Positions 26,190-39,900 of a stretch of DNA of 64,000 nt are shown one piece after another (within the stretch, counting starts at the first letter, position 1; every line of letters begins with the position of its first letter). Made by a program: the position numbers and the translations under genes. The stretch spans positions 103,478,001 to 103,542,000 of the forward strand of contig NC_092346.1 of the NCBI RefSeq assembly GCF_963676685.1, written 5' to 3'. Origin of the DNA: Mytilus edulis. Taxonomy: Eukaryota. The notes under the pieces were generated by a model. That model worked only from the letters and a program-made list of their open reading frames with translations. It did no database searches and was not told the DNA's origin.

Positions 26190-29100
26190 TACAAGAGTGC
26201 ACGCACTGAAATGTCTCTCCTTCTATGCTAATCATTGATGTTATTTGAATAATTCTAAATATAAAGCTTTACTGCTCTTTACTATCATATAAACTTAACA
26301 TGATCCAAGAAAATGAGGTCAAGGTCAAATAAACCAAACAAGAAATACATGTACACCTTACAATCATACAATATACTAAATATAGACCTATTGCTCATAG
26401 TTTCTAAGAAATAGACTTAACCAAAGACAAGAGTGCACACGCTGAAATATCTCGCCTTCTTTACTAATCATTGATATTATGTTGATAGTCCCAAATATAA
26501 AGCTTTATTACAACTGTCACATAAACTTAACATTAACCAAGAAAACTAAACATTGAGCAATGAACCATGAAAATGAGGTCAAGGTCAGATAAACCATGCC
26601 AGGCAGGTATGTACAGCTAACAATTACAACAAATATAGTTGATCTATTACTTACAGTTTAAGAAAAACAGACCAAAACATAACAAGAGTGCACACGCTGA
26701 AATGTCTTGCCTTCTTTACTAAAATTGATATCATGTTGATAGTCCTAAATATAAAGCTTTATTACAACTGTCAAATAAACTTAACCAAGAAAACTAAATA
26801 TTGACCAATGAACCATGAAAATGAGGTCAAGGTTAGATGAACCATACCAGGCAGACATGTACAGCTAACAATTCTTCCATACAACAAATATAATTTACCT
26901 ATAGCTATTGCATATAGGTTAAGAAAAACAGACCAAAACACAAAAACTTAACAACACTGAGCAATGAACCGTGAAAATGAGGTCAATGTCAAATAAAACC
27001 TGCACGACTGACAAATAGATCATAAAACATTTCCATACACCAAATATAGTTGACCTATTGCAATTAGTATTAGAAAAAAAGACCAAAACTCAAAAACTTA
27101 ACTTTGACCACTGAACCATGAAGATGAGGTCAAGGTCAAATGACACCTGCCAGCTAGACATGTACACCTTTCAATCATTCCATACATCAAATATAGTAGA
27201 CCTATTGCATACAGTATAAGAACAAGAGTGCACACACTGAAATGTTCCGACTTCTTTACTAATCATTGATTTTATGTTGATAGTCTTAAATGTAAAGCTT
27301 TACTACAACTGTCACATAAACTTAACATTAACCAAACATTGATAAGTGAACCATGAAAATGATGTCAAGGTCAGATAAACATGATAAACCATGCCAGGCA
27401 GACATGTACAGCTAACAATTCTCCCATACAACAAATATAGTTGACCTATAGCTTATAGTTTAAGAAATAACGACCATAACACAAAAACTTAACACTGAGC
27501 AATGAACTGTGAGAATGAGGTCATGGTCAAATAAAATCTGCGCGACTGACATAAAGATCAGAAAATATTTACATACATCAAATATAGTTGGCCTCTTGCT
27601 TATTGTATTAGACAAGAAGGCACACGCTGAAATGTCTCGCCTTCTATACTAATCATTGATATTATGTTGATAGTCCTAAGTATAAAGCTAAGCTTTAATA
27701 CAACTGTCACATAAACTTAACATTAACCAAGATAACTAAACAAAGACCAAGGAACCTTGAAAATGAGGTCAAGGTCAGATGAACCATGCCAGGCAGACAT
27801 GTACAGCTAACAATGCTTCTATACAACATATATAGTTGACTTATTACTTATAGTTTAAGAAAAATAGACCAAAACACAAAAACTTAACACTGTGCAATGA
27901 ACCGTGAAAATGAGGTCACGGTCAAATAAAACTTGCGCGACTGACCTAAAGATCATAAAATATTTCCATACACCAAATATAGATGACCTATGGCATATAG
28001 TATTAGATAAAAAGACCAAAACTCAAAAACTTAACTTTGACCACTGAACCATGAAAATGAGGTCAAGGTCACATGACATCTGCCCGCTAGATAGGTACAC
28101 CTTACAATCATTCCATACAACAAATATAGTAGACCTATTGCATATAGTATGAGAAAAACAGACCAAAACACAAAAATTTAACTATAACCACTGAACCATA
28201 AAAATGAGGTCAAGGTCAGATGACACCTGCCAGTTGGACATGTACACCTTACAGTCCCTCCATACACCGAATATACTAGCCCTATTGCTTGTAGTATCTG
28301 AGATATGGACTTGACCACCAAAACTTAACCTTGTTCACTGATCCATGAAATGAGGTCGAGGTCAAGTGAAAACTGTCTGACAGACATGAGGACCTTTCAA
28401 GGTACGCACATATCAAATATAGTTATCCTATTACTTATAATAAGAGAGAATTCAACATTACAAAAAATCTGAACTTTTTTTTCAAGTGGTCACTGAACCA
28501 TGAAAATGAGGTCAAGGACATTGGACATGTGACTGACGGAAACTTCGTAACATGAGGCATCTATATACAAAGTATGAAGCATCCAGGTCTTCCACCTTCT
28601 AAAATATAAAGCTTTTAAGAAGTTAGCTAACACCGCCGCCGCCGCCGCCGGATCACTATCCCTATGTCGAGCTTTCTGCAACAAAAGTTGCAGGCTCGAC
28701 AAAAAATAGACCAAAACTCAAAAACTTAACTTTGACCACTGAACCATGAAAATGAGGTCAAGGTCAGATGACACCTACCAGCTAGACATGTACACCTTAC
28801 AATCATTCCATACACCAAATATAGTAGACCAATTGCATACAGTATAAACAAAACAGACCAAAACACAAAAACTTAACTATAACCACTGACCTTGCAAGGT
28901 ACGCACATACCAAATATAGTTATCCTCCTACTTATAATAAGAGAGAACTTAACATTACAAAAATTTTTAACATTTTTTTCAAGTAGTCACTGAACCATGA
29001 AAATGAGGTAAAGGACATTGGACATGTGACTGACGGAAACTTCGTAACATGAGGCCTCCATATCCAAAGTATGAAGCATCTAGGTCTTCTACCTTCTAAA

Positions 29101-29742
29101 ATATAAAGCTTTTACGAAGTTAGCTAACCCCGTCCGGCGTCGCCGCCGGATCACTATCCCTATGTCGAGCTTTCTGCAACTAAAGTCGCAGGCTTGACAA
29201 AAACAGATCAAAACACAAAACTTAACTATAACCACTGAACCATGTAAATGAGGTCAAGGTCAGATGACACTTGCCAGTTGGACTTGTACACCTTACAGTC
29301 CTTCCATACATCGAATATACTAGACCTATTGCTTATAGTATCTCAGATATATGGACTTGACCACCAAAACTTAACCTTGTTCACTGATCCATGAAATGAG
29401 GTCGAGGTCAAGTGAAAACTGTCTGACAGACATGAGGAGTCAGGACCTTGCAAGGTACGCACATATCAAATATGGTGATCCTATTACTTATAAGAGAGAA
29501 TTCGACATTACAAAAAATCTGAACTTTTTTTCAAGTGGTCACTGAACCATGAAAATTAGGTCAAGGACATTACACATGTGACCAACAGAAACTTCGTCAC
29601 ATGAGGCATCTACCGGTATATACAAAGTATGAAGCATCCAGGTCTTCCACCTTCTAAAATATAAAGCTTTTAAGAAGTTAGCTAATGCCGCTGCCGCTGC
29701 CAGATCACTACCCCTAAACAAAAGTTGCAGGCTCGAAAAAAA
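26190..29742. mobile_element. Cluster of self-nested HINE/Helentron-type non-autonomous elements
   Basis: Five left ends (acaagagtgcacacgctgaaatg) at ~26191, 26428, 26682, 27222, 27612; three right ends ((gcc)n...hairpin...ctcgacaaaaa) at ~28705, 29200, 29740. Confidence 0.8.
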
Positions 29743-30030
29743 TGCAGCAAATTTTCTAAAAGATGATTATCCCTATTTAAATTACTGAGAACACAAGCAA
29801 TCTAAGAAAACTTTGAAAATTCAACTATTTTCAAGGCAACTAACTTTTTAAAAATCCATAATAAAAATATGGTTATTGATCTTACCATGTATATTGTACA
29901 AATGTCCATCTCCTATTATCCAGTAACATCACCAGATCATTAAAACATCAACATTCTCTCCTGTACAAAATAAATATATAACCTACATAAGTCTAATGAA
30001 CTAAATTTTATCTGCATTTACAAACATTAA

Positions 30031-30306
30031 GGCAGCAACCATTTGATTTTTTATGGGGGGGGGGGGGGGGGGGGGGGGGGGCTATGTTTTTTTTTGGAAA
30101 AAAAGTTTGTTTCCAGTTTTTGGAGGAAAAAATAATTTGTTTCACCCTCAGCTGCCACTATATGTAATGCTAAAATTGAAAGAAAAAAATTGTTTTCGAC
30201 TTGTTGCGAAAAAAAATAGATTGTTTTTCGCCACAGGCGAAAAAAAAATTTGTCCAGAAAAAAAACCATAGCCCCCCCCCACCCCAGAAAATCAAATGGT
30301 TGCTGC
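30031..30306. mobile_element. PIF/Harbinger-like MITE related to the 4044 family
   Basis: GGCAGCAACCATTTGATTT / AAATCAAATGGTTGCTGC, flanked by TAA. Confidence 0.75.
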
Positions 30307-30409
30307 TAAGCCATTTTTGTAAGAACTTTTCAAACTTCAATTGTATCAAAACTAGATATAATGAATAAAAGAGATAGGCCATTTTAGTAATCCTTTTGAA
30401 TTATTTAAA

Positions 30410-31595
30410 CCAAACATTGCAAATCTAAGCAGTTTAGGTATGGCCAATACACTTTGAATTAATTATTTATTTAAGTTCACCATTGCCAACTTTACCAAAT
30501 TAGGAAGGGCCAGTTCCCTTTTTAATTTATTTAAATACACCATTGTAAACTTTACCAATTTGGTTAGGTCAATTCCCTTTTAATCTATTTAAATACACCA
30601 TTGCCAACTTTACCAATTTAATTAGGTCAATTCCCTTTTATATAAAAAAGAAGATGTGGTATGATTGCCAATGAGACAACTGTCCATAAGAGTACGGCCT
30701 TCAACAATAAGCTAAGCCCATGCTGCATAGTCAGCTATAAAGGGCCCTGATATGACAATGTAAAACAATTAAAACAGAAAACTAACGTTAATCTATATTT
30801 AATTTACCATTGTAAACTTAACCAATTTAGGTAGGGTCAACCCCTCTTTGAATTCATTGAATTCACCATTGCAAACTTTATCAATTTAGGCAGGGCCTTT
30901 GAATATTTATTCAAATACACCATTACCAACTTTACCAATTTAGTCCGGACCAAAGTATGCATTAGATTTATTATTTTTTTAATATTAACATGAAGTCTGT
31001 CAATTCATTTATTGTTTTCAAACATGTGGTCTCTTATTACTGCAACTGCTGCTTTTCAAGTCTTCAATGTTTTAGACAAAAGATAATTCATTTGTGGCTG
31101 AAATTATTTCTTGTTGCCTATTTCTAAACTCCATGCTTAGATTTAGCAAGAGTTTACTTTTGTGATGTTAAAATTTCACCTGTTGAATCCCATCCATTGG
31201 ATAGAGCTCCAGAATAGCTTGACAATTCACACTGAGGATCTTTTTGGAAACCTGCTATTCCTAATTCCTCCATCAGTAAGGCCCAACTTGGTAACTGATT
31301 GACATTTGTGTTAACCTCTAACTCACTCATGTAAGACACCAATGATACTTCCATGAACATATCACCTGACAAAGCATTGTTTGGGTATACTTCCCTGAAC
31401 ATATCACCCGACACAGCATTGTTTGGGTACACTTCCCTGAATTTACCATCGCAAACTTTACCAATTTAAGTAGGGCCTTTGAATTTATCTAAATACACCA
31501 AAGACAATTTTACCAGTTTAGGTAGGGCCAATTCCCCTTTGAATTCACTTAATTCACCATTGCAAACTTTACCAATTTAGGTAGGGCCTTTGAAT
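30410..31595. repeat. Interrupted ~55-bp minisatellite
   Basis: acaccattgcaaactttaccaatttaggtagggcc repeats at ~30410-30945 and ~31440-31595. Confidence 0.7.
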
Positions 31596-31596
31596 T

Positions 31597-31900
31597 TCAG
31601 GTGATATGTTTAGGGAAGTATATCCAAACAATGCTTTGTCAGGTGATATGTTTAGGGAAGTATACCCATACAATGCTTTGTCAGGTGATATGTTCAGGGA
31701 AGTATACCCATACAATGCTTTGTCAGGTGATATGTTCATGGAAGTATACACAAACACTGCTTTATCAGGTGATATGTTTAGGGAAGTATACCCAAACAAT
31801 GCTTTGTCAGGTGATATGTTCAAGGAAGTATACACAAGCACTGCTTTATCAGGTGATAAGTTCAAAGAAGTATACCCAAACAATGCTTTGTCAGGTGATT
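31597..31900. repeat. 42-bp minisatellite (~7 copies) with ~2 inverted copies at 31345-31440
   Basis: tcaggtgatatgtttagggaagtatacccaaacaatgctttg. Confidence 0.9.
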
Positions 31901-33409
31901 GAAGCATAACCTTGTGACAGTGGACTAACAATATATTATTTTTAGACACTGGTCCAGACATACCATAGTAGAATAAATTATAAAGTGTGTACATGGTCAG
32001 TGATGATGCAGTTGCATAAATTGCAAAAAAATTGTGTTACAGAGTTATGGGAACATAGACTTTGTTTAAGCTGGCCTAAGAGACAGGTCACAATTTCTAA
32101 CACATTGAATCGGTTCAAAACCAAAATGAATTATAAATCAAAGTGCTTGAAAGCATTAAAAGGTAAAGATTGGTTCAATTTATCAGTGGGTGGGGCATAA
32201 CAAAAACTACAATTGCATGAAAGACTAACTCATAAACAATAATTTTATTAGTATTTGATATGTATAATGTATAATTAGATATTGAAGTACAATTAATGTG
32301 ACATAATAATATAAAATAGATTTAAATGGTAAATCATTTGCATTTAAATAAATGAAAACACAAGTATCTTTAAATTTAGTCAACATTTACAAATTCATCC
32401 TCTTAACTATTGACGTACATACAGTATAAACTGAAAGTCACCATATTAATTACTGTAAACATTTAATGTTCTGTGACATTCCTAGAACTCCAATTTAAGA
32501 CAAAAAAAAATCTTTTTAATTGAAGAAAATATTGACCTGATCAATTTTTACATCTTCATTTGTTATTTTGTGTTGTATATCAAACAAAATCAATTTCAAA
32601 ATAAAGAAAAACAAATATATTATTTAAATGGTAAGAAATTGATAAAAAAAAAAGGGGGACAGGACCTTTTCCCTGACATCAGGATCGGGTGTTTTTAAGC
32701 ATAGGATATCAGGATTAACCCTTTCAGGGTCCAAGATTTCTTTTTTTTTGAATTTTGAGATGTCAGGATTTTTTTTTTTTTTAATTGGGGACCTCAGAAT
32801 TCCATGTTTTTAAGCCTGGGATTTCAAGATCAGAACCACTCCACCCCCCTCTATAAATATTATATTACATGCATAATAATTATATATTAGGGCTGGTCCA
32901 TAAATAGGATTCCACTACAATCTTCATCAATAGACAATACCATATGGTATGAATACATTACATTCACAATGAACGCACACGTCATGCTTACAACCACAAA
33001 ATATCAATTTATGCAAGGGCAAATAACCCAGTCATTATATACCAATTGTGTATGAAAATAATAATAAATTTATACTTCACAAAAAATCATAGCATTAATA
33101 TATATCTATCAAAATGAAAAACATGTGTCTGCAATCTGATATGATTAAACAGTTAAATGTTGGTATATGTGAACAAAAAATATGTTCTTTGCAGTCGAAA
33201 ACAACACCAGAATGTGGTGAAAATTTTAAAATATTCAAGTAAAATATGGCACATTTCTCATTCTTAAACAGGATATTTTGTTTGTATCTGCCTAAATTTT
33301 CCATATCAATATAAAATCTTTTTTTATGTGATATTTTTGTAGCAGTAATAAATACTTTTTAGTGGTACAATACAGCATATAAAAATAACATCAGTCATTA
33401 CTTATAGCC

Positions 33410-33917
33410 TCAGTCGTTACTTATAACAGATTCAGTTTCTGTATCATCCTCACAGACTTCATCTTCATCTTCGTTGTTCATTTGGCTTGCTATCAATTTT
33501 TCATAATCTAAATCATTAGGATTCTTTTTCAAATTACCTAGGTTTTTGTTTTGAAAGTTAAATGCAGATTCTGATCCACTTTTGATATCCTTCTGAACAA
33601 AACCGAAACGAGAAGAACTAGGACTAGCAGGACTGATGGGTGAACCTCCAGCTGGTTGTGGTGGACTGGAACTTCTGGCAGGGCTTGTATTTGGTCTTCC
33701 CCCTGAAGAGGATCTTTTAACAGCACCACCTAAAACAGGAATTTGAGTTCTGCGAGACGCATGAGTTTGAGGCATTTGACATTTCTGAAATGCCATTATA
33801 CAATGCAAGTTTCCTCCAACTTTTTTAGTATTACGTTTTTGTAGTCCCTTTTCCAGCCGTCGTATGTCAACATAATCTGGATTAGTGCAATTAAGATCTA
33901 CTGATATATCTTCCCAT
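33410..33917 (-). CDS. BIVM: BIVM last coding exon
   Basis: ttttgcag|a tgg gaa; WEDISVDLN...[15 protein letters not shown]...stop. Confidence 0.92.
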
Positions 33918-36900
33918 CTGCAAAAGAAAAAAAATGTGAAAGATCAGTTTTTCTATTTTCATGTTTAATGGTCCCAACATCTAATGATTCATCTTAAGTT
34001 CATTTTCCAACAGTTTCATACCTTTTAAAATTAAACTAATTTTCTTTATATATTCCCTTGAAAGTTTGGTGAGATTAACAACATAGCTTCAAAGAAAATA
34101 CAAATGTATTGTCCTTGAAAACAAATAGTGTTTGGTGCTATTGCATGTTGTAAATTTAAATTCATTATATTCTTTTAAGTACTGACCGTTTACAATGTAA
34201 ACATGGGTGTCGTCTACTAGGATCTCCTATTAATAGCCATGTGTTATAATCTTCCTCGGATAATTCACCACTGAAAACAAAACAATAATTGATTAAGACT
34301 AAGAAATTGGCTTTCACCTGGCTTTTTTATTGTCAGTACTCCTGGTTAATTAACTTGTTTGTTGTCTTTTTGTTTGATGTTGTTTGAGCTGACGATTCAA
34401 GCCCTTTCCAACTGATTTTACGGCTAGTTACAATGGTGTGTTGTTAACATTATCCCACGTTAGGAAAGGGTTGCTCATAAATAAAGTTTAACCCCACCAC
34501 ATTCTTTCAGTGGTTATAGATAGATAGATATTTTTATTTTAAAGTACAAGTTGGTACATATTCATGAAATACAATATATTATAATTTTAAACATAAGCAG
34601 TCAATTAACATGTATAATTATACCAACCAGCCTTTAGTATGATGCACTGTCATTTATGTACAAAAAAATATTAGTTGCTGTCTGCTATATTTTTTGTTTT
34701 TTTTTGTTTTAGCATAATTCAGGTTTTTCTTGATTGAATTGTATCATTTCTTCATGTCAGGGTCTTTTATAGCTTACTATACTGTATGGAATTTGTTCAT
34801 AGTTAAAGACTATTCACATCCACATCCTTCGATCTGTGGGTGATATTTTCTCATTGGCAATCTTTCCACATATTTCAATAAAATCACATTGAATCTGCTT
34901 TTATTAACGCAGTAGTATCATAAAGATATTTTACCTGTAGGCTTGCTCAGCTTTACATGGAGTATCTTCATAACCAATAGGACAGAATATATATAAAGGT
35001 GATGTAGATATGTTTACCTGTAGGCTTGCTCAGCTTTACATGGAGTATCTTCGTAACCAATAGGACAAAAGTAATGATTTTGGCAGTGGTATATAAAGGC
35101 TATATTAGGATCCTCAAGACCTTTCTTTAATATGACTAGAGCTTCATCTGATGTTAATCCACTGGTTTTATTTTTACCCTGTGGCTTGTAAAGGTTAAAA
35201 CACCTCCCTTTCACTTTGTAGTGGTCATTCAACTGTCTAAACCATCTGCAATGAATGTAAGATAGCAATATAATTGAGAAGCATATATCATTTACTCGTT
35301 TGAAATCAACTGATTATTAATCTATTCTGGAAATTAAATGAGTGATCTATTGATCACAGATACCCTTGATAGCAGAAAAAACTTTTTACTGTAAATGCCA
35401 AATATTTGGTCAATCAATATTAACATAATCATCCAGAAATAGAAGAAATATTTAAGATAATTAAGGGGCACAACTCTTAAACCATCGATATCAGTCCCAC
35501 CCAAATTAAACTTAACCTGTTTCCTATGGTCCAACACCTTATGAAAGATTTAGTTAGCAGTTCTTATCATCCAGAAACCAAATTTGTGACTTTAAAATAG
35601 GGACAGACAGGAAATGTGCACCATTATTTACTGAATTACAGAATAATGAAAAAAATATCCAATTTTCTTTATTATCTCCCCTTACCATGTATATACATAT
35701 AAGCACAAAAAATTATCATCATACTCTTTCACTGAAAAACTGAGGAAAGTTCAAAATTTCATATAATCAAAAGATATTATCAAAAGAAACTATTTTTTCC
35801 AAATCTCCACTTACAATTCATTTAATTTCCCTTTTAAAACCAATAATGTTTTTTTTTTCTCTCAATACATTCTATATTTCACAACTAAAAAGTATTTTAA
35901 ATTACCGTCTTAAAAGTTGCCGTTTACTAAAGAAGGATATTTATTCCTGAAAACATTGGTTGGTCACTGTACTTTTATTTATAACTTTTTCATATTGTTA
36001 TTCACTTTTTAGACACATATCTTATTTCCCTTATTTTACTCGTTGAGAAGCGACTGCATGTTTTCATATTGATTTGTTAACTTCTATTTCATCCAACATG
36101 TAAATACCTCATAAGAGTAATGTTTCCAGTAAATGGTCCAAATCTTATTTCACCAAATGGAGGTTTAAATCCCAAAAATAATAAAGCTTCTTCTTGAGTT
36201 ATTGGTGAAAGGCTGTAAAACAAAATGTATAATGAGTTTTTTTTTTTATTATTTGACCCAAGATATATTCTTATATCATTATAAAAGCTAACAAATACAT
36301 ATATATATTCATAGCTTCTTTTTCAAAGTAACTGGTAAATTCAATTAAGGAATGATAACATATTACTTCTGCTTTATGTTTGCATAATTTACTACCCAGC
36401 AATAATTGACAGTAAATAAAATGTTCATTTTAAAATAGGTGAATCAAAATCACCAACAAATTTCTTCATGAAGGACTGAAAGGTAGCTATCCATGAAGAA
36501 TTTCAAACAGAATAAATAAATTATAACATACTGTAAACCAACTTATTTTCGCGACTTTCGCGAGTAGAAAAATAACGCGAATATAAATCGTCGCGAATAT
36601 GTCAGTCTTTGATCTTTCCTTAATAAACTTCATCAAGTAAATAAGATAATCGCGAAATTAAATAGTCGCGAAGTGGTCAAGCAAGGTTAAAACGCGAAAT
36701 AAAGTATCCGCGAAAATAAGTTGGTTTACAGTACATCACAATAAAATTTAAGCTCAAATTCCAAGTATATAATTCAATTAAAGTATTAAATAGCTAGACC
36801 AATAATAACATGTATCCCAATGTATTATATATTAAATTAAAAAAAAGACATTTGTTGGTCAAGATAAATAATTATATTGTGCATTCATACAAACCTTCCA

Positions 36901-39900
36901 TGTCCTAAAGTACTAAAGAGGTAATTCCAACACGAAACAACAGACGAAATACCACATGATTTACTGTACTGGGGTCTGCTCATACAAATCCTAAATCAAA
37001 AAAGTTTATATCAAATAAATCACTGTAACATCATATAGCAGCTTCAACCAACTGAAGTAATATCATGATGCAATGCAGACAATGTAAACTTTATAAACTT
37101 CAAAATTAAGTAGTGGGAATCTTTTTCTAGCATTATTCAAACTCTCTATTACTTTGATTTATCCATGATAGGAATTTAAATCTTTAAACAGGTACCCACT
37201 GGTTAAAAATATTAACTCCAAAAATATTAGCAGAAATAAAGAGAGTAACAAGCACTGATTATATTTACTAATAAAGGGCTGCGCTTTAGCGCATGATACG
37301 CCCGTTGCTCTTTTAACTTGTCTTTTATGCTTTAAATGAATTTATATGATCAACTAGAAATAGTGTGAGCCCTGTCAAATACCCCCCCCCCCCCCCCCCC
37401 AAATAATAAATAAAAATGCACAGAAAAATTGGCACTATTAAGGCTACCTCAAATTTAACTAAGTTTGTTGTCTTTAATTTTTCATCCATACATAAAATTT
37501 TGTGAAAGTGTTAGTTATTGTCCCAAAATTGGAAAAATCCCCCCTTTTTTAAGCATAAAAATTCATAACACGGAAATGTAAAATCTGAAATTTATAAAAA
37601 TTGAAAGGGAGCTTACATCAATAGATATAAACAATTCACCAAAGTTTCATGGACATTGGTGAAAGCCTTTTTGAGTTATTGTCCGAAGTGTTAAAAATCA
37701 CCCTTTTTTTATGAATAAAGCCCCATAAATCCAAAACTTAAAATCTGAAATTTATAAAAATTGAAAGGGAGCTTACATCAATAGATATAAACAATTCACC
37801 AAAGTTTCATGGACATTGGTGAAAGCCTTTTTGAATTATTGTCCGAAGTGTTAAAAATCACCCTTTTTTTTTATGAATAAAGCCCCATAAATCTAAAACT
37901 TAAAATCTGAAATTTATTAAAATTGAAAGGGAGCTTACATCAATAGATATAAACAATTCACCAAAGTTTCATGGACATTGGTATAAGCCTTTTTGAGTTA
38001 TTGTCCGAAGTGTTAAAAATCACCCTTTTTTTATGAATAAAGCCCCATAAATCCAAAACTTAAAATCTGAAATTAAAAAAAAACGAAAGGGAGCTTACAT
38101 CAATAGATATAAACAATTCACCAAAGTTTCATGGACATTGGTGAAAGCCTTTTTGAGTTATTGTCCGAAGTGTTGAAAATCCCCCCTTTTTTATGAATAA
38201 AGCCCCATAAATCCAAAACTTAAAATCTGAAATTAAAAAAAAACGAAAGGGAGCTTACATCAATAGATATAAACAATTCACCAAAGTTTCATGGACATTG
38301 GTGAAAGCCTTTTTGAGTTATTGTCCGAAGTGTTGAAAATCCCCCCTTTTTTATGAATAAAGCCCCATAAATCCAAAACTTAAAATCTGAAATTAAAAAA
38401 AAACGAAAGGGAGCTTACGTCAATAGATATAAACAATTCACTTAAGTTTCATGGAAATTGGTGTGGGTGTTTTTGAGTTATTGTCCGAAGTGTGGACGAC
38501 GGACGGACAGACGGACGGACGGACGGACGGACAGACGGACGGACAACGGTATACCATAATACGTCCCGTCCCGGGCGTATAAAAATATCATCAATTGCTG
38601 ACTTCTTTTTATCAACATTTCATTTTTTTTTGTTTTATTTCACTAAAAATATAAATCTAGGAACTAACCATCTCTTTTGGTCCATGACTTTGCGAGCAGC
38701 AATTTGTGAGTATGTAGCAGTAACAGTAGGTGGAATATAATCTGTTAGTATATCTTCTCTTTCACTAGGCAATACTGTAAAACAGCACTAGTCTAAACAC
38801 ATGCATATATAAGGCAGTTTGCTGGTGTGATTCAATATGACAAGATAAATGAAATTTGTAACACATTTAAAACAGATTTTTATTAAGGGCTATTCCAGAA
38901 TTAAATATATGAGAGGATTGGAAGTTTTCTCATTGTTTTTGCTACCTTTAAATTTGATCTCTTCCACTTGAAAAACTTTACCCAGCACAGAATAGTTATA
39001 ACCTTCATTAATTCAGTCGTCTTTTATGACAACAAGTATCGTAAATAAAATATAAGGGATGGAATGTGTGTTATTTCAAGAAATAATCTTTTATTTACAG
39101 TTCAGAATCTTGAGGCTTTATAGAACTATTGATAATTTATTGTTTCTACATCAAAATAAAAACTAAGTTATGTCATTAATGATATTTCAAATGTTAAGGA
39201 CCTTAAATCATTATCAAATTCATTTGTTTAAAGTGCAATCCTGAATAATCATGAATAGATAATCACCTGGCTTCTTCACAGATCTTTTAGATGTTATATC
39301 AGAGACATCAACGTCCCAAACTAAAGTATCTCCATTTAAATCTGGTGCCACTCTTATCAAATCAGGAACAGCCCCCACCTGATTGGTTAAGGAAGATGTC
39401 ATAGGTTTAACATTATTATTGTTCTCACTCTTTGACTTATTCACATCCTTTTGCATTTGTGTGGAGTTATTTCCCTTGTTTGCATATACAACTTTGTTCA
39501 AAGTATCATCACTTTTGTTTTGTCTAACTTGACCAGTTGAATTTGTTCTGTTAGTTTTCGTCCCCTGACCTGATAATGCAGTGTCATCTCCACTTGAACT
39601 GAGCCTGGAAGGACTAGAGCTTGAGTATCTAACTTTAGGTTGAGGAAGTTGTCGTCTGATATTTCTTAATTTCTCTTTTTGCAGTTTTGATGTTATTTCC
39701 AAAGATTTAATTCTGTCACCAGTAAAGGCAGATCCTACAAATATATCACAAATCACAAATCTCTAAAATGTAAATATAGATTAAATGACTGCAACAAGTG
39801 ATTACGATATTTCTCATATCGAAACTTAATTTTAATATTTAAAGTGTGAGGCTATCCAAGCTTTCTAAATAATTAAAAATTAATTGTTGAGAGCAGAATA

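Larger units (their letters stand above)
20257..29960 (-). other. Candidate spliced transcript (lncRNA or small orphan protein)
   Basis: AG/GT-bounded exon-like islands 29960-29886, 23846-23743, 21637-21563, 21149-21104, 20637-20597, 20499-20257; no recognisable homology. Confidence 0.3.

Noticed and set aside
31569-31994. ORFs with 14-aa repeats (MFREVYPNNALSGD)
   Set aside because: 42-bp minisatellite open in several frames; no supporting gene structure
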